From: Macrostomum lignano
Lineage: Eukaryota
Length of the DNA stretch: 64,000 nt
Direction: 5' to 3'
Assembly: GCA_002269645.1 (NCBI GenBank)
Contig: NIVC01002478.1
Span: forward strand, 1-64,000
Shown here: positions 34,498 through 48,200 of the stretch, piece after piece
How positions within the stretch are numbered: the stretch's first letter is position 1
Layout: every line of letters begins with the position of its first letter
Translations under genes and position numbers: made by a program
The notes under the pieces: generated by a model
What the model was told of the DNA's origin: nothing
Database searches by the model: none
The model's input: only the letters and a program-made list of their open reading frames with translations

Positions 34498-35480
34498 TGT
34501 AGTGAGCCGCTAGTTTATGGCTAGGCGTCACCCTTGTCAGCCGTTCCCTCGCCCTCCCTTTGGGTTGCTGTCTGCCGCTGGTCAGCTTCCCGCCCTCCTT
34601 TCGCTTGCCTGTTGCCCCCGTGTCCTTTCCGCCCTGTTGCGTTTCCGTTCTCAGCCCTCAGTCTCTCGACTGTGGGCTGTCTCTGTTTCGCTCCCGTCCC
34701 GTTTTCCCTGTCTTGTGAGCAAGTCACATGACAGTTCTTGCGTTCTTTGAGTCTTAAAGTGCAGTAAACATGTTTACTGCACTCGTTGGCCCTGTTTACC
34801 GGGTGAGTCACGTGCTTTCGGACCCTTCCCTTCTCTAAGGAGAGGAGTGACTCATGTTGCTAAAAATAGCAACTGAGTCACAGCCGCGTGTACTCTGGCC
34901 GGGGACCTCAAGTGACGTCAGTTCTAAAAATAGAACAAGTCACGAGGTCTTCCGCGCGCTTGTACCCTGCCCAAGACTCTCGAGTGACGTCAGTTCTAAA
35001 AATAGAACAAGTCACGAGGTCTGGAGCGTGGGAATTTCCCGGCTATAAATAGGAGCCCTCTCCCCCTTGTTTCCGTCAAGGAGTCTTCCTTCTGTTCAAC
35101 CTCGAGTTCTACGTCCGCGTGTGACTAAGTCCCGAGTGTCCGAGTCTTTGCGCACATTGATTCTGTTCCTATTGCTCCGACTGAGACCCGACCAAACCAA
35201 TCCAAGTCTACGAGAGGCTAACTCAGCCCTCCCTGTACCATCCAAGCCCGGCAGGTGCTGCTGACGAGACGCCTTATACGTTGAGCTGCAAATCTGCACG
35301 TCGTGCTGTGTTCGTTGACTTCATTATTTCGTTCCGACGGGAAGCTCACCTCACCGAAGGCCGAGACCTGAAGGAACTGGTGGCAGCACTACCTACGCTA
35401 CTAAAGTTAAGAAGGCTTCTAAGTGAGAGGACGGAGCCCAAGTCACTGCGCTGTACAGCAGGACAACCACAGGTACAACA
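34498..35480 (+). repeat. 3' LTR (983 bp)
   Basis: Copy of 25747..26729. Confidence 0.97.
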
Positions 35481-37823
35481 ATTACATGTACCTAAAAAAT
35501 TACAAGTACTTCAGAGATACAGAAAACAATTTCTATAGAATTCCATTTAAATAGGAAATGTAGTGTGGTCATAATTTACTATTCTAAGAGTATTTATCTG
35601 AATGTCTATTCAGCGATCATTTACAGCAATCTGTATCACTTTATGTATGGATATTTATGCTTTGTTATATAAAATAAATTGTTCATTGTACAATGGCATT
35701 CAAACAAAACTGAAATTTGTTTTTTTAAATCAATCCGCAGCAGTAAACATATCTGCTGCTGCCTAACAGAAACTTAGAGACTCAAACAGTAGAATTAACA
35801 TAATTGAGCAATTAAGTTTACAAAAAAGTCAAAATTCTCAAGTTTAGCTTATCTTTAGGCTATTTATGGAGTGTTTCTTTTGGTTTCCGGATTGGATCTG
35901 ACACCTGACCCTAACCTGTTCTTGCATCTGAGTCTAAAAAGCGATTGAAAAGTTGTTCAATTGACTGCTCACGTTGCGTCTAGAATACTGCTTTTGCTGT
36001 TGCTGTCCTCAATGTATATTGATAACAATAAAGAATCAACGCCACCTAATCCACACAGAGCCAGCTAAGAAAGGGAATGTCAAGGAATAGTACGCTCGTA
36101 GAAGTTAGCGTTGTAACAGGACGCAACGCTCGTAAATATTGCTAAATTATTTGAAGGCCTGCCTGTTTACATGTAGCTCGTATTTAGTGATGCTTGCCTT
36201 CAAAAAGCATCCTATTCAACTGTTTTAAAGAAACCTGCACTTCCATTGAAGGCTCAGAAGCTCTAAAATAGGTCTATTTATAATTTATTAAAAGTCTTAA
36301 CCTGTTAAATATACATGCATTAAAAGTATTTGTCATTATAGCTCGTAGGCAACCTGGTAACTCATTTAAAACTTGCTATGCTTTTATGCAGACATACTGC
36401 TACTAATTCAACAAAGGATGAAGAAATTTAGGTGCAATATATATATATATTATTCCATAACTTTAGCTGTCATGACAACGTTTTTTTACTAACCCTAATA
36501 CTCGTATATGCTATTATGTACTGTTTTAGAAGACGAAAAAACTACTCGTAATATTTATGTTGCTTGGCTGAATATTTCACTTAGATCTCGTATTTATCTG
36601 TAGATTTGTAGATTTGTAGATTGTTTCGAACAACCTGGCGAAAAATTAATTATCATTTTAAGTGCCACAGATCCGGAGTTATAAGCATTTAAAGTTTGGC
36701 TGCAATACAAACAAGCGGGCCTTCAAATAATTTTGCAATATTTACTCGTACGAGCGTTCGTCCTGATACAACAGTAACTTTTAGTAGACCTTGGGCAAAT
36801 GGTAAGCAAGAATGGCGTGACCAACTCAGATACGTCAACTTTAGTGTGTGTGTGGTGTGTGGTGTGTGTGTGTACTGGGAGTGCAGGCAGACAGGGCAGG
36901 AAAACTTGAATAGACAGTTTAACTAGCATAGTTCGTGCGTGGGCTGACACCAGCAGACAGACTGACCTATATAGCAAAAACACGCACTTTTATGAGTCAT
37001 CTGTCACTTCAATAACATTTAGCAGTCCAAGTGAGTAGGACTACGAGACCAGGATTTTTTAAGACGGGGGGGGGTTAGTTGTTGAAAGGTAGCAGCAAGG
37101 AGGGCAGGCCACCCCCCAGGCCCCCATTAAAAACCTTAGCGGCCCGAAGAGGGGTGGGGGCGGACCCCCCCCCCCCACGCGCTCTCCCCCCTGTATGCCC
37201 AGGGACTTCTAAAAATAGCATCACAGCAGTTGAGAGACAGCAGTTGATGCTATTTTTAGGAGTCCTTGCATGGTGCGTCCGGGGTAGACGACCTGTCAAG
37301 CTGCACTTTTCTGTACCTGACAAATAACGATAGTATAGCATTGCGATGCTTTACGAGCATTCATATACGAGCGATAAGGCTTATCTTATCCTTGGGTCGA
37401 CTTTAAATTAAAGATTGAAATTCAGTCAGCTAAAAAAGCATTATTGCATTATTTTAATCTAAACAAACAGACACAAACCGGCCTGTTCACCCGCCTAAAT
37501 GCGCAATGTATTTGATGAAGCAGATGAGAACAAAAATTTTAACCAAAAATGCTTTCAAGCTATTGTAATAGCAAATGCTTAATTATAATTGCATGGTTCC
37601 CTAGGCCTAGCTGTTTGTTTAGGGAAACAACAATACTATAGTGGAGAGTAGGGGTCCTGACTTGTACTGATCCCGGAATGGAGGCTACCGCAATACCATT
37701 CTTCATGAAGCACATAAATACATCCTGTGTTTTGCTGTATATCATACACTAAGCGTTGCAAACTTAAATTGAGTTATTTGCTCCATCTGTTAGTTTCCTA
37801 TCATTGGCCATTGCTAAATATCG

Positions 37824-38090
37824 GGGGTTGGCAGACTTTTTACGACAAGGGCCAGATGGAGAGGATAGAGGAGAGGAGAGATAGGAGAGAAGGAGAGGAG
37901 AGAAGAGGAGGGAAAGCTGCTGAGCTGAGAAGAGACACAAACCTTGAGTGGGACGGAGGATCACCATTGTGATATTAAGTTTGAAGTTTGTGAATTTTAA
38001 AGTGTGAAGTGTGAAGTTTGAAGTTTGAAGAATGTGAAGGCACGGAGGGTCGGATAGAGAGGCTTGGTGGGCCGGATTTTGCCGATTCCT
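37824..38090 (+). mobile_element. Degenerate GA-rich hAT-like MITE
   Basis: gggggttggcagactttttacgacaagggccagatggag followed by a GA-rich tract and the family block agagacacaaacc. Confidence 0.65.
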
Positions 38091-38511
38091 GGGCTATAAA
38101 AATATTAGTGTCACGCTATAGTCTGATAAATTCACTGACCTGCGCTATTTTTAGCATCTAACGAAATGTAAAGTTTTCCACACGGTTGGCTGTCTTCATA
38201 ACGGAATTTTTCCGGGATCCCGGGATTACGCCCCCCCCCCCTAGTGGACAGGGAATGAGCTTTAGCTGGAGACGCCGATTGAAATCGGACAGGCGAGGGA
38301 ATGGGAATGCTCCCACCCCCGAAATGGCGACCCCCAACTCAACGGCGGCCAACTAAAATGCCAGCATTGGCTCAGCAGCACCATATGTGAAGCAGGGGAA
38401 AACTCGAAAAAACAAAGATTAAAAGCAAAAAAGCGGAACTGTCGACTTTCAAGTCCAGTAGAGTTTTTATCGGAATCGGTCTTACCGAAGTGAAGTCTCA
38501 AATGAATAATT

Positions 38512-38956
38512 TTATTCGAGACGCGGCTTCTTCACGGCCGGCTTTGTTTCTTCTTCCGCCTCAGCTTTGGATGAAGCTTCCGTTTCTGACTTGACTCTGC
38601 TAGCGCGAATCCACCGAGTTAGGCCGGTGTCCCGCAGCGGCGGCTGCGGCTGGCGGCGCTTTGGCGACGGTGGCGGCGGCTTCGGATTCTGCTGATAACG
38701 AGGCGGCGACGCACTACTGGCTGCCGATGCCGAAGCCGCTGCCGTCGGCCTCGATGACGCGGCTGGCAGCCATTTGTCTAGCGTTACTGCTGCCGTTTGC
38801 GGGGCACTGGGCGGGTGGAACCGTGGGTCACAGGGGGTGATACACATTGCCTCTATTGAAATATAGATATGGACACAGACGGACAGACAGACACAGACGG
38901 ACAGACACAGTCAGACAGACAGACAGACAGACAGACAGACAGTCAGACAGACAGTC

Positions 38957-39017
<61 letters not shown>

Positions 39018-39019
39018 GT

Positions 39020-39052
<33 letters not shown>

Positions 39053-42000
39053 GATTATAAAATATAAGGTAAATTGATATATATCTAAAACGGGTACCTC
39101 TCATTTCGCCGATTCTCATTTCGCCGACATTCTCATTTCGCCGATTCTCGGTTCGCCGACATTCTCATTTCGCCGATTCTCGGTTCGCCGAAATTAGTTT
39201 CATAATCCATAGAAATAAAGACTTTCCGTGACAATATTTGCGTTCTCCGGGATTTTATTTGGTAATATTCAATAATATCCCATAAAGTCTTTATGTCTAT
39301 GGTTTATACGAGATTACACATGCCTTTTTCGGGAGTTATTTTCATAAATCCCTCGGGCCTCAGGCCCTCGTGATTTATACAAATAACTCCCTCAAAAGGC
39401 ATGTTTAATCTGATACATAACCATCTGGACATTAGACCATAGCCCGTAAGCCCAAATGGGCTGCAAAAAGCTATATTACCAATACAATACTTTATTTTTT
39501 CAAGCCATAGACATCTAAATCACACTTGCATTAGTGTAGTTGTCTATGGTCTAATGTCCAGATGGTTATGAAACTAATTTCGGCGAACCGAGAATCGGCG
39601 AAATGAGAATCGGCGAAACGAGAATCGGCGAAACGAGAATCGGCGAAATGAGAATCGGCGAAATGAGAATGTCGGCGAACCGAGAATTGGCGAAATGAGA
39701 TTCGGCGAACCGAGAATCGGCGAAATGAGATTCGGCGAAACGAGAATCGGCGAAACGAGAATCGGCGAAATGAGAGGTACCCATCTAAAACGGCGCATAA
39801 AATGTTGACATCAGTTAAAAAGCCGCCTGAATCTGCCAAACCAACTGATTGTGTACGAGCTAGTTGAAAATATGTCTCGACAATAAAAATGACCGGCTTA
39901 AGTAAATTCGTTCTTGTACAGCGATGAGTCATTCATACACTATCTGGATAGCTGGCCAAAGTACTCGTAGAGTGAAGCTGAGCCCAGGAATTTTAACTTA
40001 GCAAGTCTTGTTACTCGTAGCTAGGTTTAGAATTCTTTGGCTCACGCGCAAGCTCTATCCAGCCTGCATAAACAATTAATTTTTTGAGTGCTTCCCAGGC
40101 ATAAAATTGGAGACACTAAGTTAGCTAACAAATTAAGCATTTACCTGGATTCCAGTTTAACAGGTTGTAGGCAAAGTTTATCATTGTTCCGAGTACTGTT
40201 TACGTGCGAAGAAACAGCGTAGAAACAGATGTCTGTCACCGGACGAAGACAGGCCAAGGCCTTACAAAGGTAATTTAGATAGATAAAAAATATAACTAGT
40301 GGAAATATAAGTGTCATACAGTCACACTATTAGCCTCACCCGCTTCGGATTATCAGATTGAAGCCAATCCGTGATTCCATCGGCCGTTTGCAGAATAGCC
40401 TGCGAAATTCGGCACAACTAACTGATCAATATGACAGTAGAACAGTAGACTGAATGCAGATTTAAATAAGGCATCAACTTACTGGCATTCGATCGTGAAT
40501 GTCGCTGACAGTCTCGCTGGCTGGCACAGTGATCACCGTGAAGCTGTGCAGATCTGGCTCACCTGGCTGAGGGACGGGCGAGGATTCGGCGAGGTGGGGA
40601 AGAGGGAATTATATTTTTTAATAGCAACAACATTTAATACAGCAACTGAGGATCTGGGAGGCTGGCCTAGCAACTGACACTCTGGGAGGCTGGCCCAGCA
40701 ACTGAGGATCTGGGAGGCTGGCCCAGCAACTGAGGATCTGGGAGGCTGGCCCAGCACTCGAGGATCTGGGAGGCTGGCCCAGCAACTGAGGATCTGGGAG
40801 GCTGGCCTAGCAACTGAGGATCTGGGAGGCTGGCCCAGCACTCGAGGATCTGGGAGGCTGGCCCAGCAACTGAGGATCTGGGAGGCTGGCCCAGCACTCG
40901 AGGATCTGGGAGGCTGGACCAGCAACTGAGGATCTGGGATGGGAGGGTATGGCCCAGCCTGAGGTTCTTATCCGGAAGTACCGAGCAAGAAACCATAGAG
41001 CTCACCATGCCCTGGTGCACATCGAATAGAGCCGCAATGAACATGAGGTTGGGCGGCTTTTCGCCGCAGTCCCGCTCCAGCCAGCCGGGCGGGTGGAAGA
41101 AGTAGGCCTGCTTCTGGCCCCCGGGGCCCAGCTTCGGCCGTTTCCACTCGTAGAAGCCCTCGCAAAGTAGAACGCAACGACGGCCATTCAGTAAAAGATT
41201 ACGGAAGCTGGCCTTCTCCATCAGCGTCTCAACTCGAGCGTTCGACATGTTGAGAGTGAAATTTGAGGTGTCTCGGCCTACCCAGGAGGGCACCAGGCCC
41301 CACTTCATGGTGGAGATGAGCCGGCAGCCCTGATTGGAGTACAGCACTGGCCTGTGGGATTGTGTTGGCAGACTCAACTGTGACACGGTGCCGTGGAAAC
41401 TGCTGCATGACTTGAGGCAGTCATAGAGAAGGTCATATAAGCGAACAGTACTGATAGCAGTAACAAATAGGGTCATGTAAATAATCTGGGACATCTACAG
41501 ATGGTCATACGAATGACCTAAAAACACTAACAGAGGGTCATAAGGATGACCTAGGGACAGTAACAGTGAGGTCTATAAGGATGACCTAGGGACAGTAACA
41601 TAGGGGGTTACACAGCTGATCAACAAAACGAAGCGACCTAGTAACAGAAATGAGAGCCTAGGAAAGGGTCCTGTAAAGTTCAAATAGTGTCTTCAACGAA
41701 TATGGAACTAAAAATGATTAGCTGCACAGTGACAAAGATCGGGTGCATATATTCACTTTATAGCACTTAGTTAGGAGGCTTTATTAAAACCAAGGCCTGT
41801 GTTACAATTAACTGGTAGTGGAGTTTATCTTTTGAATAAATATTTAATTAAATACAAAATTATTATCGCGATATGATGATAAGGCTGAAGTACAGACTTT
41901 GTAAGCATTTTTGTGAAGCTAAATTTAACTTGGCAAGTTTAACAGATTTAGACTGCAAGCTTAACGCGAAAAGGTGCTTACACAATAGAATTTACCGCAA

Positions 42001-43407
42001 TAAGAGTGCAGTTTATACCGAAATTCCCATAACTTCTGTGAAACACCGGTGGAGCAGTCGTTGAGGAAAGGACTTTTAAGCAAGATTTAGTCTGTTTGCA
42101 AATATGCTTTTTAATGTGAAGCACAAAGTGTACGAATGTAAGGACAGTTCTAAGGCACCAGAAAGCGATCTTTAACTAGTTAAGAGGCTGATTCTTGAAG
42201 CATTTGAGAGCCTTTCTTACAGAGTCTAAAAAAGCCAACTTTGAACTTTAAAGCTAGTGTCCCTAGATAATCTTTATGACTCTCTGCTAGTCCCTAGATC
42301 ATCTTTATGCTAGACACGTGACTGACTCAACAAGGCAAAACTGCTCACAGAAACGTTCCAGGCGGCAGGTTATAACCTGGCGAGTAGGGCGGACTGCACG
42401 GTAGGTCGCGCCATCCAGGTCGCCCATTTGCAAAAGTGCACCGGCTCTGCAGCTGGTCCCTCGATAGCGTGCTGAAAAGGTAAATAAACAAAAAGAACTG
42501 ATAAAAAACTTAGACTTTGACTCTGTTGTGCAGCAGTGATTAGATATGACTTATTCAACTTTAAATAAGTTTTGATAAAAATTGCCCTGCGACATATTAA
42601 GAACTTGTACTGTGATTGACTGCACATGTATTCGTACTACTCAAGATATCCTTATTAGCAAATGCAGCTGCAAATGCAAATCCCCTATTAGCATCTGTAT
42701 CTATCCCCTATTAGCATCTGTATCTATCCCCTATTAGCATCTGTATCTATCCCCTATTAGCATCTGTATCTATCCCCTATTAGCATCTGTATCTATCCCC
42801 TATTAGCATCTGTATCTATCCCCTATTAGCATCTGTATCTATCCCCTATTAGCATCTGTATCTATCCCCTATTAGCATCTGTATCTATCCCACATATTAG
42901 CACCTGTATATATCCCTATTAGAAGCTGTATATATCCTCTGTTAGCATCTGTATATATCCTCTATTAGCATCTGTATATATCCCCTAGTAGCATCTGTAT
43001 ATTTCCCCTAGTAGCATCTGTATATTTCCCCTATTAGCATCTGTATCTATCCCCTATTAGCATCTGTATCTATCCCCTATTAGCATCTGTATATATCCTC
43101 TATTAGCATCTGTATATATCCCCTATTAGCATCTGTATATATCCCCTAGTAGCATCTGTATATATCCCCTATTAGCATCTGCATCTATCCCACATATTAG
43201 CACCTGTATATATCCCTATTAGCAGCTGTATGTAATCCCAATTAACAGCTGTATAAGAGCCACTACATGTACATGTATATAATCTATAAAAACGTATGTC
43301 CTTTATATTCCAGTTAGCAAATATAACATTCGACGAAGCACTGTACCAGTAAGTTTTTTGTCAATAAAAAACAACACAGCTCCATACCAGGCTGTTCTTC
43401 CGCACAT
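38512..43407 (-). CDS. HMCES: HMCES / SRAP-domain abasic-site crosslinking protein, 347 aa: complement(join(38512..38806,40145..40260,40340..40399,40483..40566,41006..41351,42349..42471,43388..43407))
   Basis: Starts MCGRTAC (catalytic Cys2); YNLPPG, MKWGLVPSW, NARVET, GRRCVLLCEGFYEW, IHDRMPAIL, AVSSHVNSTRN. All introns GT-AG with matching phases; total 1044 nt. Confidence 0.93.
38872..39050. repeat. (CAGA)n microsatellite
   Basis: Directly visible, in the last HMCES intron. Confidence 0.97.
39092..39782. mobile_element. Mutator/Foldback-like MITE with 9-bp TSD atctaaaac
   Basis: TIRs gggtacctctcatttcgccga built from ~15-bp subrepeats; TSD at 39083-39091 and 39783-39791. Confidence 0.88.
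40641..40945. repeat. 28-bp minisatellite in HMCES intron 3, ~11 copies
   Basis: gcaactgaggatctgggaggctggccca. Confidence 0.95.
42684..43215. repeat. 23-bp minisatellite in HMCES intron 1
   Basis: ccctattagcatctgtatctatc. Confidence 0.95.
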
Positions 43408-43589
43408 AGTCAGCTCTGATGCTTTTTCCTATTCTTTAATTCGATTTCAACGAACGCAATAGTCAGCAGAAATAAAAAACAAATAGGCAATAATAAGTTA
43501 TGGCCATAAAAGCTATAATAGGCAGTTTGCAATTTAATGAGCCGTTTAAATCTAAGGAAACAGTCACTTTATTAGCGACATTGTCACAC

Positions 43590-43893
43590 AACCGGCGAGA
43601 GGCATTGCTGCCCATTCCGCCCAGACTCCCCTGAGCAGGCACACAAGCGCGCGGATACGTACGCAGTCACACGCACAGGCACACTCACACAGGAGTGTAC
43701 AGCGGCCCTGACTTTATTTATCGTTAGGCATGTACACTTCACTGTGCCTTGGGGGTTGGGCCTCAAGGCCGTTAATTGCACGAGCGGAGCCAAGCCGAGA
43801 TTCCACTTTAGCCCCAAATTAGTGTGACTGCCACTTGGATTCGAACCTGTGCCGCTTGGACATCAGAGCGCCGCGCCAGACCAATGGCTACCC
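43590..43893 (-). mobile_element. tRNA-derived SINE; 3' extent approximate
   Basis: Minus strand: ggtagccattggtc (A-box-like) and ggttcgaatcc (B box, 43837-43847), followed by a non-tRNA body. Confidence 0.6.
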
Positions 43894-44554
43894 TAAATTC
43901 TACTTGATGTTTTCCTAAAACACCAATACTGTGTAATACTGTCTGCATTAAGAAAATAAGTAACAAGCATAATACAATTAGCAAAAAATGAACTGAATTT
44001 AATTGTTTATACACACACACAGCAGCGGCAGCACAGAACCTTTCGGCAGTCTATTTATATTTTTTGTTTTGGGGTTACGAGTATGCAAGCACTATTATCA
44101 GCCCAGTGTTCGCTATCGTGCGTACTTTTAACATAAACAAAGTTTAGAGACACAAACAGAGCATAGGTACACACCTAATCTGCGTATCAATAGCAACAGG
44201 TGCACAAGTTTTCGCTGACAATTAAAAAAGCGGGCAAAAAACGCTGATTTTGCTACTGAAAATAACAGTAGATGAAGGCCTTTCAAGCGAGTAAAGCGTA
44301 CCTAGTTATTCCACTTAGTATCCGTGATATTAGCTACCTTTTAAAATAGTAAGTACATTACCCACACATCTATTATTCCTTTGAAAACATTGCACATTAC
44401 AGCACTAATTTACTACCAGTAACTTTACCAGCATAAATACCAATTTAAAATTTCACAAATATTAGATCGCAGGATTATTAAAATGAACAATATGGCTGAT
44501 AGCCAAAACCCTTCAATCTATACAACTGAAACGTTAAATAACGTTAAATAGCTC

Positions 44555-45135
44555 TGCCCTCCTTGCCTGGTCCATCTGCTGGCTCCTCTGGTTGTCTCCC
44601 TGTCCTTGTGTCTCGGCTCTCATCCTGACAGTGGACTGGAGTCCTGGGGTTGATGTTCGTCCCGAATCGGGGATACCGGCTGAGTCGGGGTCCTCTTGCT
44701 CCTTGTTGCCCCTTCCCGACCCCTTGGCTTGGCCTCCAATGTAGAGCTGGATATAGAGCTAGACTCGCTCCAATATTTAAGCCATTTCCAAGACTTGTGG
44801 GTTTCCCCGCTCTTGGACGGCTTTCAGTAGTAACCCAAACATTTTCTATTCCAATTTCTTTTTTCGCGCACTCCCGGGACTTGTCTGCTGGGTGGTGGCC
44901 TGGGTGGACTCGGTCCTAGCACCGTCCCTGATTCCACTTATGGGTTGGCGCTGTCTTGTACCATAGACTTGGGTTAGTAGCCTCAATAAGCCCCCTGGCC
45001 TAGACGTCGGGGTCCAATCTTGCGGGTATCTTGGGCTTTATGCCCCTGGTAGTGCCCCTCTGCGGCAGAGCCCCCTTTCGGGCTGATCCGCGGGTAGCCC
45101 CCGGCTTCCACCCACGTTTAACAACAACAAATAAT
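44555..45135 (+). mobile_element. Probable 5'-truncated LINE 3' end
   Basis: GC-rich structured block in AT-rich intergenic DNA, ending in an (aac)n tail; no RT motif visible. Confidence 0.4.
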
Positions 45136-45270
45136 AAGAAAATGCTTCTACAAAGCAGTGATACTTTATACTTAAATTAAATTTTGCATTTCGCTAACCG
45201 AATAGTCTACGGGACAGGTTAGTTATTTGATTAGTGAATTTGAAGTCGCAAAGTTGTCAAACAGTTCGAG

Positions 45271-48200
45271 TTACTTCTGAAACGCTTCCGGCGGGATTTT
45301 GCCTTCAGCTTTTAGCTGGGCGAATTTGCTAGCGGCCATGTCAAAATCCCAGCCGAATTCGTTCAGGCACTGCCGGCTGAACTCGGCGTTCATGCCCGAC
45401 TTGGCGGCGAATTCGGTCACCATGGCCTCTTTGGCTGCGGCTGGCAGTTCCTGAAGGGTGGCGCTTGTAGTCGCACTGGCCGCCGCGCTGGCGTTCTGCT
45501 TCCGGAACCACTCGGCACCCTGCGGTTGCGGGGGCGGTTGACACGAATATGAGGCAATTGGAGGATTTTCTTTCGCGATTAGCCGATGAAGTCGCGGGGA
45601 ATTTCCATAGATCATACGATAAAGAAAGTTGCCATAAATATAGGACATTGGGAACTTCTAGAACGATAAAAGTTAGATATGTAGATAAATAGATATAGAT
45701 AGACAATAGACATAGATATGTAGTAGATATGCAGATAAGCTATGGGTAATTTCCATGTAGATAAGCTATGGGTAATTTCCATGTAGATAAGCTATGGGTA
45801 ATTTCCATGTAGATAAGCTATGGGTAATTTCCATGTAGATAAGCTATGGGTAATTTCCATGTAGATAAGCTATGGGTAATTTCCATGTAGATAAGCTATG
45901 GGTAATTTCCATGTAGATAAGCTATGGGTAATTTCCATGTAGATAAGCTATGGGTAATTTCCATGTAGATAAGCTATGGGGAATTCCTATGTAGATAAGC
46001 TATGGGGAATTTCTATGTATAAGCTATGGGGAATTCCATGTAGATAAGCTATGGGGAATTTCCATGTAGATAAGCTATGGGGAATTTCCATGTAGATAAG
46101 CTATGGGGAATTCCTATGTAGATAAGCTATGGGGAATTCCATGTAGATAAGCTATGGGGAATACCTATGTAGATAAGCTATGGGGAATTCCATGTAGATA
46201 AGCTATGGGGAATTTCTATGAACAAAAGGCAGAGGGAATCCATGTGAACACAAAGTTCGGGGAATTCTTATGAACATTAAGTTCGGGGAATTCTTTCTGA
46301 ACATAAAGTTTGGGGAATTCTTATGAACATTAAGTTCGGGGAATTCTTTCTGAACATAAAGTTTGGGGAATTCTTATGAACATAAGACAGGGGAATCCAT
46401 GTAAACATAAGGCATGGGAATTCCTAACAACATATGGGGAATTCATGTGAAAATAAGGCATGGGGAATTTCTTCGAAAATAGGCACATAGAGTCTGGAAA
46501 ATGTCCAATAAGTTATGGGGAATGTGTATAAATGCAATTTTGGAGAATTTCCATGGATATAAGCCATGGGGAATTTCTATAAAGCTCCGAGTCGCGGGGA
46601 ATGAATTTAAGTCTAACCTGATGGCTAACGTGGGTGATATAAAAATCGTCGGCGTGAATCTGCATGCCAGCCTCGGAGCCGGGCACTGGCACCAGCACCA
46701 GGGTGCGGCTGAACGTGCGCAGAGTCTTGTCCTGACTGTCGCCACCGTCTCGACCGGGCGTCAGCTCGATGAACAGGCCAGTAACGAAGATTAGCGCCGC
46801 TTTGTCGCTGTTCACAGGCACGTCAACTCGCATGCTGTTTAACAGGTGACTGGTGGTTGGCAGCTTCTCTAGAGCGGACACGCACTGTAACCGGCCGCGC
46901 TGTACCAACGATTCAGCTTTGCTCCGATTGCTCTCCAGGTATTTCAGATTCCTGCTGAGACCGATGTAGCAGTTCAATGATTTGTGATGATTCATTGCGC
47001 TAGTCGGAGAAGCTGTAGACAGGGTCAGCTTGGCGTGCTCAGTGTAGTACGGCAGCAGGCGACTGCGCTCTCCACTATCCAGAATGCTGTAGTAGCTGGG
47101 GGGTGCGCGTTTCCAAAGTGTAAATCATTATCACTGAATCCATAATAACTGATCATATTCAACTAGCTTAAATAATAGCTTGCACATGCTTCCTTGCTAC
47201 TGAACTGTAAGTAGAAAAACTGTTTACAGCAAGCTAGAATGCCGAAATCTAGATTTTATCAGCGAAATTAACAATGTACATGTCTATAGGCACTATCATC
47301 TTAGATATCTGAACAATTTACATGTCTATAGACACTGTCATAGATATCTGAACAATATACATGTCTATAGACACTGTCATAGATATCTGAACAATAGAAA
47401 TGTCTATAGACACTGTCATAGATATCTGAACAATAGAAATGTCTACAGGCACTATAATAGATATCTGAACAATATACATGTCTATAGGCACTATCCTCCT
47501 GGATATCTGAACAATGCACATCTTTATAGGCACTATAATAGATATCTGAACAATATACATGTCTATAGACACTGTTATGGATATCTGAACAATATACATG
47601 TCTATAGACACTGTCAAAGATATCTGAACAATATACATGTCTATAGACACTGTTATGGATATCTGAACAATATACATGTCTATAGACACTGTCAAAGATA
47701 TCTGAACAATATACATGTCTATAGACACTGTCATAGATATCTGAACAATATACATGTCTATAGGCACTGTCATAGATATCTGAACAATGTGCATGTCTAT
47801 AGGCACTGTCATAGATATCTGAACAATGTGCATGTCTATAGGCACTGTCATAGATATCTGAACAATTTGCATGTCTATAGGCACTATCCTAGACATCTGA
47901 ACAATATAATTTGTCTCCTGAGATCTATAGACACGACACCAGAAATCTAGACAATATTCTCCTAGAACGTATACAAGATTTGTCATTCCCTTACTTCTTT
48001 AAATAGTTGATGACGGCCACTTTAATATCGTCGTTAGGAAAATAGCCCAGAGTAGCCTGCGGCAGAGTGCCGCCATCCTGGCGCTGCATCAGGACGTCGC
48101 GATCGTTCTTTAAACCGGAATCGGATAGCGGCAGTGGGAGGAAGGTGAGGTGGGGCGGTATTTTGGCGAACAAGGCGCTTTGTAGATTGCTGACGTTTGC

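Larger units (their letters stand above)
25747..35480 (+). mobile_element. Full-length Ty3/Gypsy LTR retrotransposon, 9734 bp, 4-bp TSD ATTA
   Basis: TG...CA LTRs, PBS, PPT, gag then PR-RT-RH-IN order; atta at 25743-25746 and 35481-35484. Confidence 0.97.

Noticed and set aside
40667-41494. 275-aa ORF taken as a single-exon SRAP gene
   Set aside because: Only 41006-41351 is exonic; the rest is intron and minisatellite read-through.
43820-43893. Functional tRNA genes at 8566, 43820 and 53126
   Set aside because: A and B boxes are present but acceptor and anticodon stems do not pair properly; treated as SINE heads or pseudogenes.
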